Positions 45,654 to 55,834 are shown, counted from the stretch's first letter. The stretch is 64,000 nucleotides of DNA from Bryobacterales bacterium (GCA_020846745.1 JADLDI010000048.1:3-64002), one strand, 5' to 3'. Numbers and translations: made by a program. The notes: generated by a model not told the origin, from the sequence alone.

Positions 45654-47056
45654 GACGGCCGATGCTGGTAGCGATGCCGGGAGCGGTGCTGGTAGCGCTG
45701 CTGGTAGCGGTGGAGACGTTCGCGCAAGTGAAACTGCCGCCCTATACACGGCAAACGCTGCCCAACGGACTGGTCACCGTGCTGTCGGCCAAGCACGACG
45801 TTCCGCTGATCACGTTATCCGCCGTGATCCGCGGCGGCAATGAAGCGGACCCGCCGCCTCAAGCCGGGCTGGCCGATCTGACCGCGGAACTGCTGCGCCG
45901 CGGCACCGCGACACGCACGGCCGAGCAGTTCGCGCAGGAACTGGACTTCATTGGCGCGGAGTTCCGCACAGCGGTGGATAACCAGTCGACCACCGTATCG
46001 ATCGAGTTTCTCGCCAAAGATACTGACCGTGCCCTGGAGTTATTCCTCGATGCGCTCCTTCATCCGGCCTTTGCCGAGACGGAGTTCAAGAAAGCGCGGG
46101 ACCAGAAGATCGCGGCCGCCAAGGCGCTGAAGGACGAGCCGAACCGCGTAATCCCGCTCTATGCGCGCACCTTCTTCTTCGGCCGCAATCATCCCTATGG
46201 CCATCCGGCCGATGAGCTGAGCCTGTCCGCGATTACGCGCGACCAGGTGATCGGCTATCACAAGCAGCTCTATACCGCCAAGAACATATTCCTCGTCGCC
46301 GTCGGCGATTTTGCGCCTGAGACCATGCTGGCAAAGTTGCGGGACCGCGCCGCTTCCCTTCCCGCCGGCAGCCTTTATTCCTGGAAAGTCGCGCCTGCCG
46401 TGAAGTTCTCAAAGCCTGCTCTCTTACTGGTCGATGAGTCCGATGCCACGCAAACCTACTTTTCGATCGCCCAGCCCGGCATTCATTACACCCATCCGGA
46501 TCGTGTGGCGCTAATGCTGGTGAACACCCTGTTTGGCGGGCGCTTCACATCCATCCTGAACGATGAACTACGTGTGAACTCAGGGCTAACCTACGGCGCT
46601 TCGTCCCGGATGCAGCTCGACCGGTTGACCGGAGCGCTGTCCATTGTTACTTTCACGAAAACGGAGACGACCACGAAAGCGATTGACCTCGCCGTGTCAC
46701 TATTGGCGCGTTTGCGCGAGCAGGGCATCAACACGGAACAACTGCAATCGGCCAAGGCGTACGTGAAAGGCATCTTCCCCACCGAGAACCTGGAGACCGC
46801 GGACCAACTCGCGCACATTCTCGGCTTGCTCGAACTCTACAACCTGAACCGCGGCGAGATCGACGACCTGTTCTCGCGAATCGATGCCCTTACCCCCGAA
46901 CAGGCTACCGAGGTGGCGCGCAAGTACTTCCGTTCCGACAACCTCCAATTCACGCTCATCGGCAATGCGGCCAAGATCAAGGCCGAAGTCGCCAGGTACG
47001 CGCCCGTTATCAAAGTGATCGCCATCGACAAGCCCGGCATCCGGCCGCTCGAATAG
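45650..47056 (+). CDS. M16-family peptidase-like protein (no HxxEH; non-catalytic partner)
   Basis: M16 fold pattern with GLADLTAELL replacing HxxEH. There is a 4-nt overlap with the upstream M16 gene. Confidence 0.85.
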   Translation: MRRPMLVAMPGAVLVALLVAVETFAQVKLPPYTRQTLPNGLVTVLSAKHDVPLITLSAVIRGGNEADPPPQAGLADLTAELLRRGTATRTAEQFAQELDFIGAEFRTAVDNQSTTVSIEFLAKDTDRALELFLDALLHPAFAETEFKKARDQKIAAAKALKDEPNRVIPLYARTFFFGRNHPYGHPADELSLSAITRDQVIGYHKQLYTAKNIFLVAVGDFAPETMLAKLRDRAASLPAGSLYSWKVAPAVKFSKPALLLVDESDATQTYFSIAQPGIHYTHPDRVALMLVNTLFGGRFTSILNDELRVNSGLTYGASSRMQLDRLTGALSIVTFTKTETTTKAIDLAVSLLARLREQGINTEQLQSAKAYVKGIFPTENLETADQLAHILGLLELYNLNRGEIDDLFSRIDALTPEQATEVARKYFRSDNLQFTLIGNAAKIKAEVARYAPVIKVIAIDKPGIRPLE

Positions 47057-47072
47057 GTACAATCGTTGGGCA

Positions 47073-48197
47073 ATGAAGCCTCTTATCCTTGCGGCCGCCC
47101 TCATAACCGGCGCCGCCCTTCTTTGGAGCGTCAGCCGCCCGCCCGATATCCCCTTTGAGAAACATACCATCGACCTCGGCGCCAATGAAACCTGCGCCAT
47201 TGCCGACCTCAACAAGGACGGCAAACTCGACATCATCTCCGGCGAGAACTGGTTCGAAGCGCCTAAGTGGATCAAACATAAGTTCCGTGAGTTCCACTTC
47301 GCCAATAACTACATCGATAATTTCAGCGACTTAGCCTACGATGTCGACAGCGATGGCTGGAGCGATATCGTCAGTTGCTCGTGGTTCTCTCGCCAGCTGG
47401 TCTGGTGGAAGAACCCCGGCCGCACCCGCATGGCCTGGCATCCGCAGCCCATCGAAATGGGTACGAACGTCGAGTTTTCCTTCCTGGTGGACATGGACGG
47501 CGACGGCAAGGCGCGCGAGGTTCTCCCCCAGTTCGGTGGACCCAAAGCGGTTACCGCCTGGTACGAATTCAAAGACGGCGCCTGGAAGCGCCACTTAGTG
47601 TCCGAAAAAGCCTACGGCCACGGCATCGGCGCCGGCGACGTGAATAAGGACGGTAAGATCGACGTCCTCACTCCCGCCGGCTGGTTTGAAGCTCCCAACT
47701 GGAAGTTCCACCCCGATTGGGAAACCAAAAAGGCGCTCAGTTTCCTGTACGTCACCGACGTCAACGGCGATGGCCGCAACGACATCGTCAGCTCGAACGC
47801 TCACGACTACGGCATCTTCTGGCTGGAACAGGGCGCCGACGGCAAATTCACCGAACGCAAGATCGACGACACCTGGTCCCAGGTGCATGCCATTACGCTA
47901 ACCGATCTAAACAAGGACGGCAAACCCGACCTCCTCGCCGGCAAACGCTACATGGCCCACGAACATGAACCCGGCGCCTTTGAACCGCTTGGAATCTACT
48001 GGTACGAAACCATCATGACGACCCCCAACCCCGACGCCAAGCCGGGGCTGCAGTGGGTCCGCCACGTCATCGACTTCAGCACCCGCGCCGGCGGCGGCAT
48101 GCAGATCCCCGTAGCCGACATCGACGGCGACGGCGACCTGGACTTTGCCGTAGGCGGTAAGTTGGGCGTGTTCTTGTTCGAGAACAAGACCAAGTGA
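47073..48197 (+). CDS. FG-GAP/VCBS-repeat protein
   Basis: Seven DxNxDGxxD-type Ca-binding loops (DLNKDGKLDII, DVDSDGWSDIV, DMDGDGKA, DVNKDGKIDV, DVNGDGRNDIV, DLNKDGKPDLL, DIDGDGDLDF). Confidence 0.85.
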   Translation: MKPLILAAALITGAALLWSVSRPPDIPFEKHTIDLGANETCAIADLNKDGKLDIISGENWFEAPKWIKHKFREFHFANNYIDNFSDLAYDVDSDGWSDIVSCSWFSRQLVWWKNPGRTRMAWHPQPIEMGTNVEFSFLVDMDGDGKAREVLPQFGGPKAVTAWYEFKDGAWKRHLVSEKAYGHGIGAGDVNKDGKIDVLTPAGWFEAPNWKFHPDWETKKALSFLYVTDVNGDGRNDIVSSNAHDYGIFWLEQGADGKFTERKIDDTWSQVHAITLTDLNKDGKPDLLAGKRYMAHEHEPGAFEPLGIYWYETIMTTPNPDAKPGLQWVRHVIDFSTRAGGGMQIPVADIDGDGDLDFAVGGKLGVFLFENKTK

Positions 48198-48268
48198 ATC
48201 GCCCGGGCACCTGCTTCGATCAGTGTCCTAATCAGCCAAACCCGCGGTGATAGTCTGCAAGGAGCACC

Positions 48269-49297
48269 ATGACCGGATATCACCGCGGGCGTGTTCGACC
48301 CCACTTCGTTAGCATTCTCTTTCTGTCGCCGCTCATCGCATTCGCGCAGAGCCCTGCTCCCGAACCACCCGCCGTCAAACCCGCCAGCATCACCTGCGAG
48401 GAATGTCCTTACCCTTACGCGACGTCCTACCTGCCGCTGACCCTCTACGGGCACGATGTTCGGATGGCCTATATGGACGCGCCACCGACCAAACCGGCGA
48501 ACGGCCACACAGTAGTGCTTCTGCATGGCAATAACTTCGCCGGTTTCTACTTCGGCGCCATCATGGACGCCCTTCGCGGTGAAGGCTTCCGCGTCATCGT
48601 CCCTGACCAGATCGGTTACGGCCGCTCCTCAAAACCCATCATTCCGTACTACCTGTCCGATATGGCCAGGAACACCCGCGCCATCCTACAGAAGCTCAAC
48701 ATCGGCAAAGCCATGATCGTGGGCCACTCCATGGGAGGAATGCTAGCTGCGCGCTTCGCGGCACAGTACCCGGACCTCACCGAACGCTTGGTCCTCTTCA
48801 ATCCCATCGGACTCACCGACACACGCTTCGGTGATAATGCTGCCGCGAACCCCGATCCCGACGAAGCCTATCGCCGGAACCTCTCCTCTACCTACCAATC
48901 CATTCGCGCCAGCCTCATGCGCTACGTCGCGCATAAACCCTCCGCCTGGAACGCTGAATTCGAATCCTACGCCCGTATCCGCTACGCCTGGACGCTAAGT
49001 GCCGACTGGCCTCGCCTGGCGAGGGTCCAGTCACTGATCAGCAGGCTGATCGTTCTCGACCCTGTCGTCTACGACTGGCCCCACATCAAAGCACCGACAC
49101 TGGTCTACGGCGGCGCCGAAGACATGCTCCCCGGCACTGCCGCCGCATTTCAAGCCGGCATGAAGCGGATCGTGCAAGCGATTCCGAACGGCAAAGCCCG
49201 CCTGCAACTACTGCCCGGCCTGGGTCACGTACCCTTTATCGAAGACCCGCAACGATCGTTACCTCCACTAGTCGCGTTTCTCAAGGAAGACAAGTAA
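48269..49297 (+). CDS. alpha/beta-fold hydrolase
   Basis: HGNNFAG and the nucleophile elbow GHSMGG, with a signal-like N-terminus. Confidence 0.85.
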   Translation: MTGYHRGRVRPHFVSILFLSPLIAFAQSPAPEPPAVKPASITCEECPYPYATSYLPLTLYGHDVRMAYMDAPPTKPANGHTVVLLHGNNFAGFYFGAIMDALRGEGFRVIVPDQIGYGRSSKPIIPYYLSDMARNTRAILQKLNIGKAMIVGHSMGGMLAARFAAQYPDLTERLVLFNPIGLTDTRFGDNAAANPDPDEAYRRNLSSTYQSIRASLMRYVAHKPSAWNAEFESYARIRYAWTLSADWPRLARVQSLISRLIVLDPVVYDWPHIKAPTLVYGGAEDMLPGTAAAFQAGMKRIVQAIPNGKARLQLLPGLGHVPFIEDPQRSLPPLVAFLKEDK

Positions 49298-49682
49298 GCT
49301 CAGATGACGCTTAAGCGCACTGCTGGTGGAATTCTGGGAGCAGGCCGGTGATGAAGAGACATGTCCGGGATTGCACGGGCGTCCCACACCAGTGAAAGAG
49401 CTAAGACTCTTGCAGCGTTGTACTTAGGCAGGCCGCCCGCTTGGGGAAGAGGAGTTTGTGGAAAGATTTGGAGGAGCGCTTTCGCCGGCGGTGGAGGCGG
49501 TGGGATTTGTGAGGGGAAAGTGGCGAAGTGGACCGAGCGCTGCGTCGATCTGGGGGAAACGGCGAAGGGTTCAGGTGAGGCTGACCACCTCGGCCAGAAG
49601 TACTGGAGAGAGAGGGCAGGACAGAGATAACGCTAATCCTGTCGATCAGCTAGTATCAGCGAGTGACCGGATGCTGCCAAGT

Positions 49683-50174
49683 TTACGCAGCCACGCTGAA
49701 AACAGCTCCAACCTCAATAGTCTGGCGGTGGCTGAGCTGGAACTGGGCAATTGTGTCGAGGCCGGAAAGGCTTTTCTCCAGGTTGTCGAGACCGCTGGTG
49801 CCGTTGGATTGAGAGTTCGTTGTGGTCCCGAGGGCATCGATGAGCTTTGTGATGTCGCCCAACTCGGCTTCGCTCAATTCGCCTTGCACTGAAACGCGGG
49901 CGCTTGTGCTCGAAGACGCATGGTCCGTTTGCTCACTGTGGCTGAGCCCGATCCGCGAGGTAGTCGCCAACCGTGCGTCCGCGTTGAGCGAAATGGTGAT
50001 TCGGTCACCTTCGGCTGTCTCGACCGTGAGGCTGGTTCTGCTCCGGAATCGCGCTGCTGTCGCGGACTGCTGAGCCGGCTGGCCCCCTAGCCGATGCGGA
50101 GTGTTCTGCCGCGTCGCGAATTTGTAAACGTCTTGTCTTCCCAGATCCGACTGCGGAAACCCTAAACGCATCAT
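49683..50174 (-). CDS. hypothetical protein
   Basis: ORF only, Ser/Thr-rich, with no recognisable motif. Confidence 0.35.
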   Translation of the reverse strand: MMRLGFPQSDLGRQDVYKFATRQNTPHRLGGQPAQQSATAARFRSRTSLTVETAEGDRITISLNADARLATTSRIGLSHSEQTDHASSSTSARVSVQGELSEAELGDITKLIDALGTTTNSQSNGTSGLDNLEKSLSGLDTIAQFQLSHRQTIEVGAVFSVAA

Positions 50175-50356
50175 GCCTCCTGCAGTGCCTCATCGGCTGA
50201 GGTCCGCCCGATTTGAGCTGACCTTCCCAAAAGAAGCAGGGCGTTGGCGAGGGTATCTGCCCAAACGGGGGCAATTAGGTTCCTGGGCTCGCCGAAGCGG
50301 AGGCACCGGGCATGAGTTGTGACAATACAATGTCTCATTTCTGATACACTCATCGT

Positions 50357-50689
50357 GTGAGACCCGTTGTCTTCCACCCGAAGGCCCGGGAGGCCATTCG
50401 GGGGTTCCCTCGAGAAGTGCGCGATCGGCTTGGGAAGGCGCTGTATCTGCTGCAAAGCGGGGAGCAACTCGGAATGCCACTATCAAGGTCGATGCCTTCC
50501 GTTGCGCCAGGTGTTGCCGAGCTGCGGTTGCACGGCCAGGACGGCCAGTTTCGGACGTTCTATTTAGCCGCGAGATCCGAAGGCATTCTTGTTTTCCACG
50601 CTTTTGCGGAGAAGACCCGGCAGACTCCGCCATCTGAGATCGCGTTGGGAAGGCGTCGACTAAAGGAGTTGATGAATGTCGAAGAGTAG
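50357..50689 (+). CDS. type II toxin, HigB/Gp49-like (RelE superfamily)
   Basis: 110 aa. FHPKAREAIRGFP..VRDRLGKAL..LQ.G......SRSMPSVAPGVAELRL...FRTFY resembles phage Gp49/HigB-type toxins. It overlaps the following HTH gene by 14 nt. Confidence 0.7.
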   Translation: MRPVVFHPKAREAIRGFPREVRDRLGKALYLLQSGEQLGMPLSRSMPSVAPGVAELRLHGQDGQFRTFYLAARSEGILVFHAFAEKTRQTPPSEIALGRRRLKELMNVEE

Positions 50690-50984
50690 ACCTGTTACTG
50701 CAAAGACACCAGAGGAATTAGCCGAAGCTCTCGGACTTAGCCGGGCTGAGTCGCAGGAGTGGCAGGTGCAGTACTCGCTTCTCAAGAAACTTCGGCAGGT
50801 CGTTCAAAGAGAGTCACTGACGCATGCGGAAGTGGCGCGGCGTGGTGGATCGTCGCGAACGAGAGTGACCGCCATTCTGAACGGAAATCTGGACAACGTT
50901 TCGAGCGACCTGCTGATCCGGTTGCTGAGCGGATTGGGCTATCGGGTGAGAGTTTCGGTATCGCGTGTGGACACGGCGGCTTAG
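50676..50984 (+). CDS. XRE-family HTH antitoxin (HigA-like)
   Basis: 102 aa. HTH LTHAEVARRGGSSRTRVTAILNG and the C-terminal SSDLLIRLLSGLGYRVRVSV pattern are typical of this antitoxin family. Confidence 0.7.
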   Translation: MSKSRPVTAKTPEELAEALGLSRAESQEWQVQYSLLKKLRQVVQRESLTHAEVARRGGSSRTRVTAILNGNLDNVSSDLLIRLLSGLGYRVRVSVSRVDTAA

Positions 50985-51231
50985 GTGATGGTCCCCTCAC
51001 CCCGCGGGTGACACTCCGCGCATTCATCTCTCAGTGCCACGGCGGGGCCAGCAGGGAGAGCCTTGCACTACCTTGGGCGGCTCACTCGTCTGCGACCAGC
51101 CCTTCCGAAGTACTTACACGGCCGGTAGACGACTCAGTATTCCGTTCGGCTTCAAACCCCACCTTCATCATGACGCTGGACAAGATCTACGCTTTGATTG
51201 AGTCCAGATCACGGATGGAGGGAAGCGATTC

Positions 51232-51453
51232 ATGTCCAGAGCGGCTGTCGATAACAATGAGCGTTTGAAAGTCAGGCTGCGGCGGGCGGTTAAAGCAGCG
51301 CTCGTCCGGGAGGCGGCGGTAAAAAACACAGATCTGACGGATTTAGTCCTCCAGCCGGGGCTACGCGAAGCCAGGGCGGTGGGCCGTCAGGGCCGTCAGG
51401 GCCGTCAGGGACAGCCAGTGCGCCGGGATAAACCGGCATGTTGTAGGGGATGA
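51232..51453 (+). pseudogene. TacA/DUF1778-like RHH antitoxin N-terminal fragment
   Basis: ERLKVRLRRAVKAALVREAAVKNTDLTDLVL aligns by eye with the DUF1778 pattern (L.lR......l...A......TDFVL). Similarity ends at the (GGCCGTCAG)3 repeat, and no GNAT toxin follows. Confidence 0.4.
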
Positions 51454-51696
51454 AAGAGCCCTGCAGGAAAGGAGAAGCGACTCCATCCTGACCTCGAGTC
51501 TTGCAGCGGATGCCGCGAGGTAGACGTTGAAGCGTAGACAGAGGCAGCAGTGGGCGGGGTATCGAGCTTCGAAGATCAAGATCCGGGCGCCGACCCTGTG
51601 GCTGTAGCGGGAAGGCAACACTGGCGATTGGCGCAAACTCGCTAGCCAACGCTGGGCCCGGCGTAGTCAAAGACCCCACGCACGCCGCGAAACAGC

Positions 51697-52423
51697 ATGC
51701 ACGAGAACCGGGAGACCTCCAAGGCGCCTGCGCAAGGAGCAGGCCGGTCCGGGAAGGCCAATAACCACAATCCGGATATGCACGTCTTGGAGGAGTCGGA
51801 CTGCGCCATAGTACCAATGAAGCAATCGAACAACGGGCCGTCGGACGGTCCCGCGGAGGTTGCGGAGGGAAGGGCGCGGACCAAGGAGAACGACGCAGAA
51901 CCTCACAGGAGCCCGACACAGAGCGGGGAACGAATGTCGCAGGGGTTAGGCGGCGTGCGCCAGCGGGCGCGGGAGGGTAAGCAGGAACGGTTCACCGCTT
52001 TGCTGCACCATCTAACAGTCGACTTACTTCGGGAAAGCTATTACGCGTTGAAGCGGAACGCCGCCCCGGGTGGATGGCCAACGATGGGGCGAGTATGAAA
52101 CCGGCGTGGAAGATCGACTCCAAGATCTCCATGGCCGGGTGCATCGTGGAGCGTACCGTGCCAAGCCGTCGCGAAGAGTCTACATACCGAAAGCCGATGG
52201 CCGGGAACGGCCGTTGGGCATTGCCGCGCTGGAGGATAAGATCGTCCAGCAGGCTATGGTGACCATCCTCAATGAGATATACGAGGTGGACTTTCGAGGC
52301 TTTAGCTATGGGTTTCGGCCTGGGCGCAGCCCGCATCAGGCGCTGGATGCGCTGAGTGCGGGCATCTACCGGAAGCGGGTGAACTGGATACTGGATGCCG
52401 ACATTCGGGGGTACAGTTCATGA
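51697..52423 (+). pseudogene. group II intron reverse transcriptase/maturase, frameshifted and 3'-truncated
   Basis: ESDCAIVPMK, VAEGRARTKEN, FTALLHHLTVDLLRESYYALKRNAAPG, then in another frame VDGQRWGEYE...RRVYIPKADGRERPLGIAALEDKIVQQA...FRGFSYGFRPGRSPHQALD...LDADIRG (RT domains 0-3 only). Confidence 0.8.
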
Positions 52424-52810
52424 ATGATTTCAGCAGCGGCGAATGGAGCATGGCCGAGCTCTGCCGGTTCTACGGCATCACCCGCGCGACCGGCTACAAA
52501 TGGATCGAGGGGGACGAGTCAGGCGGCGTGGAAGCTCTCCGGGATCAATCCCGCGCTCCGCGCCATCATCCGAACGCCATCCCCGTCGCTACCGAAAAGC
52601 TGGTGCTGGCCCTGCGCAGACAACACCCGACGTGTGGCGCGCCGAAGATCCGCGCGCGTCTCGGCATTGATCACCCCGCAATTGGCCGTGCCGGCGGAGA
52701 GCACCATTGGCGCGATCCTCCAGCGTCACGGATTAACGATCCCGCCTAGCGCCAATCGGCTGGCCCGGGCCGCCGTTGAGATCGTAAGTCCTCTTGCGTG
52801 CCGCAGTTAG
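52420..52810 (+). pseudogene. IS481-like transposase N-terminal fragment (frameshifted, lacks the catalytic core)
   Basis: MAELCRFYGITRATGYKWI..GVEALRDQSRAPRHHPN...LRRQHPTCGAPKIRARL, then frameshifted AVPAESTIGAILQRHGLT. No DDE/rve region follows. Confidence 0.65.
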
Positions 52811-52913
52811 TCTTCTACGATTGGTTAACCAGCAACCATACAAATCAACCTCTAGATCATATTGCCTGCGACGCTTCCACCACATTACCTTCCCTCGCAT
52901 GTTCAGAACACGT

Positions 52914-53885
52914 TCAGAACACGTCCAGATCATGACCCGACACAAATCGTCCGCGGTAGGCCGCTTTCATTTCGCGCATCAAATCTTCCTCTGTCGATTC
53001 CGTGAACTGATAGCTCTGGTGATACAGAATCAAGAGACCGGGACGCGCCCGCGTAGCTAGCTCCGCAAGTTGCCTGGACGAAGTATGATACTCGCGCCGC
53101 ATCCGCTGCCATTCCGGGGATGATTTCGCATAGCCGGCCTCTGTGTATACCTCATGGATCAGAACGTCGCAACCATTGCACTGCTCCACGATGCTTTCAG
53201 CCGGACTCGTATCACCGGAGATGACAATTGACCGATCGGGAGTCTGGACGCGGTAGCCAAACGCGCGCGCACCCCACTCGCCATGTTTCACATTGAACGC
53301 CGTCACGGTCACGTTGCTGTCTTTGTACACGACCCCGGGTGAGATCTCGTGCACGTTGACTCGATATGCGTCGCTGGCTCCAATAAGTGTGCGCTCGTTA
53401 GGACCCTGGCGAATTTTGATGTCATCGGCCCAGGCCGCAAGCACATGAGAGGTCATGGCTTTGAGGCCCCGCGGACCGTAGACCTCCAGCCGGTGCTTTC
53501 GACCAACGACCCACGGTGTGAAGATCAGATCCGGATATCCGAGGGTGTGGTCCGAGTGCAGGTGAGTCACGAAGGCGTGTCGCAGATTGATTGGGTTGAG
53601 CGCCGCCACGCCCTTCAGTTGCGCAGCCGCGGCCCTGCGCACCACACCCGGACCGAAATCAATGAGGTATGGCTGGCCATTCACAACGATGGCAGTCGCT
53701 GGGCCCGATCGAGCGGGCGCCGGACCAGGGTTTCCCGTGCCTAAAAGCACGACCTGAGTCCGTGGTCGATTTGCCTGCGGCGTGGCAGGACGCGGTATCA
53801 GCATCAGCGCCACGCCGATACACACGGCAGCACTGGCCGTCTGAAAAGATCTAGACATAACTCCCTTTCTGCAAGTCCTGTTCAA
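52914..53885 (-). CDS. secreted MBL-fold metallo-hydrolase
   Basis: Signal peptide, then VTHLHSDHTLG (HxHxDH) and later His/Asp ligand motifs. Confidence 0.85.
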   Translation of the reverse strand: MNRTCRKGVMSRSFQTASAAVCIGVALMLIPRPATPQANRPRTQVVLLGTGNPGPAPARSGPATAIVVNGQPYLIDFGPGVVRRAAAAQLKGVAALNPINLRHAFVTHLHSDHTLGYPDLIFTPWVVGRKHRLEVYGPRGLKAMTSHVLAAWADDIKIRQGPNERTLIGASDAYRVNVHEISPGVVYKDSNVTVTAFNVKHGEWGARAFGYRVQTPDRSIVISGDTSPAESIVEQCNGCDVLIHEVYTEAGYAKSSPEWQRMRREYHTSSRQLAELATRARPGLLILYHQSYQFTESTEEDLMREMKAAYRGRFVSGHDLDVF

Positions 53886-54282
53886 TTGCGGCGAACAGCC
53901 GCTTCTGGAAGGGCGAGCGCGCCGGAGCGCCGTACATCACCTGCGTCATGAAAACCACTGCGCCGCGACGTTTCTGGTCTATCCAGAAGAGTGTTCCTGC
54001 GGCGCCCCCGCCGCCGACGGTGCCGGGTGGTGTGAGTGGAGGGTCCGAACAAGCGTCTTTGGAGAAACGCACCATAATCGGTTCCGGTAATATGCTCGAT
54101 TGCCACGCAACCCCAACACCCGCGGAGCTGCGCTCTTTAACGAACTCTTGAAGAGTCTTCTTCAACGTGGGCCAGCGTCGTTCGGTTATTCCAGGCAGAA
54201 GGGCCGAAGATCCCGAGGGCGCGAGTGCCGTCGTCACTAGTGCCTTGATGGCGCATCGGCGTCGGAGACTCACTGGCGTCAT
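53851..54282 (-). pseudogene. serine hydrolase (beta-lactamase-related) C-terminal remnant, frameshifted
   Basis: GTLFWIDQKRRGAVVFMTQV in one frame and ITGTDYGAFLQRRLFGP in the overlapping frame (53882-54106). The N-terminal SxxK part is absent. Confidence 0.55.
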
Positions 54283-54322
54283 GGCTTCGAGACCTTCAAC
54301 ATAGTCACCGGTTTCGCAATGA

Positions 54323-55834
54323 TCATCTCGGCTGAGTTCCTATCGGAGCCCGAACGGGCTGGCCTGGAGCGCCGTCTTGAAGTGTCCCGTCACGGACTGC
54401 GAAGGCGCCTCCAACAAGAACAAAACGGATGCCGTCGGAATAGAGCCCAGGCTGCTCAAACGTTGCGCGGTCCGTGACGCGCTCCGGATCGAAGACTGTG
54501 ATATCGGCGTCTGCACCGACGCGTAGTCGTCCTTTCGACTTCATCATCGGCACACGCGCTTCCAGCCGTTTTGCCGGCAGCAACGTCATCTTGCGAATCG
54601 CTTCCTGCCACGTGAGCAGTTTTCGTTCCCGCACGTAACGTCCAAGCACCAGCGAGTACGTCCCACTGGCGCGCGGGTGACCTTTGCCTTTCTCAAGCAC
54701 GCCGTCGGTCGCTATCGTCGTCATGGGGCTGACAACGCATGCATCGACCACAGTTTGCGGGATCGCAAATATAATCACCATTCCCCCGGCTTTGCGATAC
54801 CGCTTGAAGCTCTCCTCAGTGAGGCGCTCACCGGTCGCGACCCACATTAGATCGCTATAACCGATTCCGAGTTTTTCCTGCCAGCCGGGATCGAGCAGGG
54901 CGCTGCCGATAGCACCCATACCCGAGCCATACACCGTGCATTCGGTTGTAATGTCGATACCGTGCTCCTGGGCATCTTCAATCATCCCGAGCACCTTTGG
55001 CAGACTGCCCAAAGCCATGCCCCCGACGTGGACAATGTGCAGAGCCGCGCCGGAGACCGCGGCGTCAGCGATGACTTCCTCCAGAGCCGTAAATACGCTC
55101 TCGGGTTCTTTTAAGCCTGCATAACGAATGTGCGGATGCAGAGATGCATGGTAAGGTGCGGCTGTACGAAACGTTTGCAGAATTTCCCAGCGCGATGCGC
55201 CTGGCATGTACTGGATGCCGAGGCCAACCGCCGGCGCCCCCCTTTCGAGACCCTTTGCAATGATCTGCTGGATTTGCGAGATCTGATCATCGGTGGCAGG
55301 ATTTCGAATCGCGTCGCATTCCGGCGGGCAGGCGGGAGGCCCGCCACGATTGTTGCTCTCGGCTCCTCCCATGACGGTTCTCCGTGCGCGGGTGTGGCTC
55401 ACCGCCGCTCCATAGTGGATGAGCCGCTTGCCTGTTTGCGCGGCGTACCAGGAATCGACATCAACTGTTCCACCCTCGAGGTCAAGCGCAGCCGTCACTC
55501 CGTCCATCGCGTGAGCCCGGTCGTTTTCGAGGTTCTGCCCATGCGCGTGCAGATCGATGAAGCCAGGCGCGACAATCAGGCCACGCGCATCGATCACTGT
55601 GCGGCCGGTTATCCGGTCCTGGGTGATCGCTCGAACTGTGCTGTCGGATATGCCAACGTTCCGAACTGCATCCACGTTGGACTCCGGGTCGATCACTCGT
55701 CCGCCCTGCAGAACAATGTCGTATTGCTGGGCCGCCAGACTTGGGAGCAGCAGGAACAGGAATACGATCAGCATCGACAAGCGACTACCTGCGGCGTCTG
55801 GCTTGGAGTGAATGTTCGATCGCATGGGTTTCAT
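54323..55834 (-). CDS. N-acyl-D-amino-acid deacylase-like amidohydrolase
   Basis: Signal peptide, YDIVLQGGRVIDPES...VAPGFIDLHAHG, and the C-terminal pattern of the D-aminoacylase family. Confidence 0.8.
   Translation of the reverse strand: MKPMRSNIHSKPDAAGSRLSMLIVFLFLLLPSLAAQQYDIVLQGGRVIDPESNVDAVRNVGISDSTVRAITQDRITGRTVIDARGLIVAPGFIDLHAHGQNLENDRAHAMDGVTAALDLEGGTVDVDSWYAAQTGKRLIHYGAAVSHTRARRTVMGGAESNNRGGPPACPPECDAIRNPATDDQISQIQQIIAKGLERGAPAVGLGIQYMPGASRWEILQTFRTAAPYHASLHPHIRYAGLKEPESVFTALEEVIADAAVSGAALHIVHVGGMALGSLPKVLGMIEDAQEHGIDITTECTVYGSGMGAIGSALLDPGWQEKLGIGYSDLMWVATGERLTEESFKRYRKAGGMVIIFAIPQTVVDACVVSPMTTIATDGVLEKGKGHPRASGTYSLVLGRYVRERKLLTWQEAIRKMTLLPAKRLEARVPMMKSKGRLRVGADADITVFDPERVTDRATFEQPGLYSDGIRFVLVGGAFAVRDGTLQDGAPGQPVRAPIGTQPR

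Noticed and set aside
49298-49682. A tRNA or integration-site RNA gene at the border of the accessory region (also checked at 50985-51231).
   Set aside because: No cloverleaf-compatible sequence or GTTCGAATC-like T-loop context was recognisable by eye. A tRNAscan run would be needed to be certain.
51418-52423. An intact group II intron starting at GTGCGCC (51418).
   Set aside because: The distance to the RT ORF is too short for domains I-III. The RT is frameshifted and cut after RT domain 3, and no domain V/VI region can follow because an IS481-like fragment starts at 52420. It is treated as a remnant.
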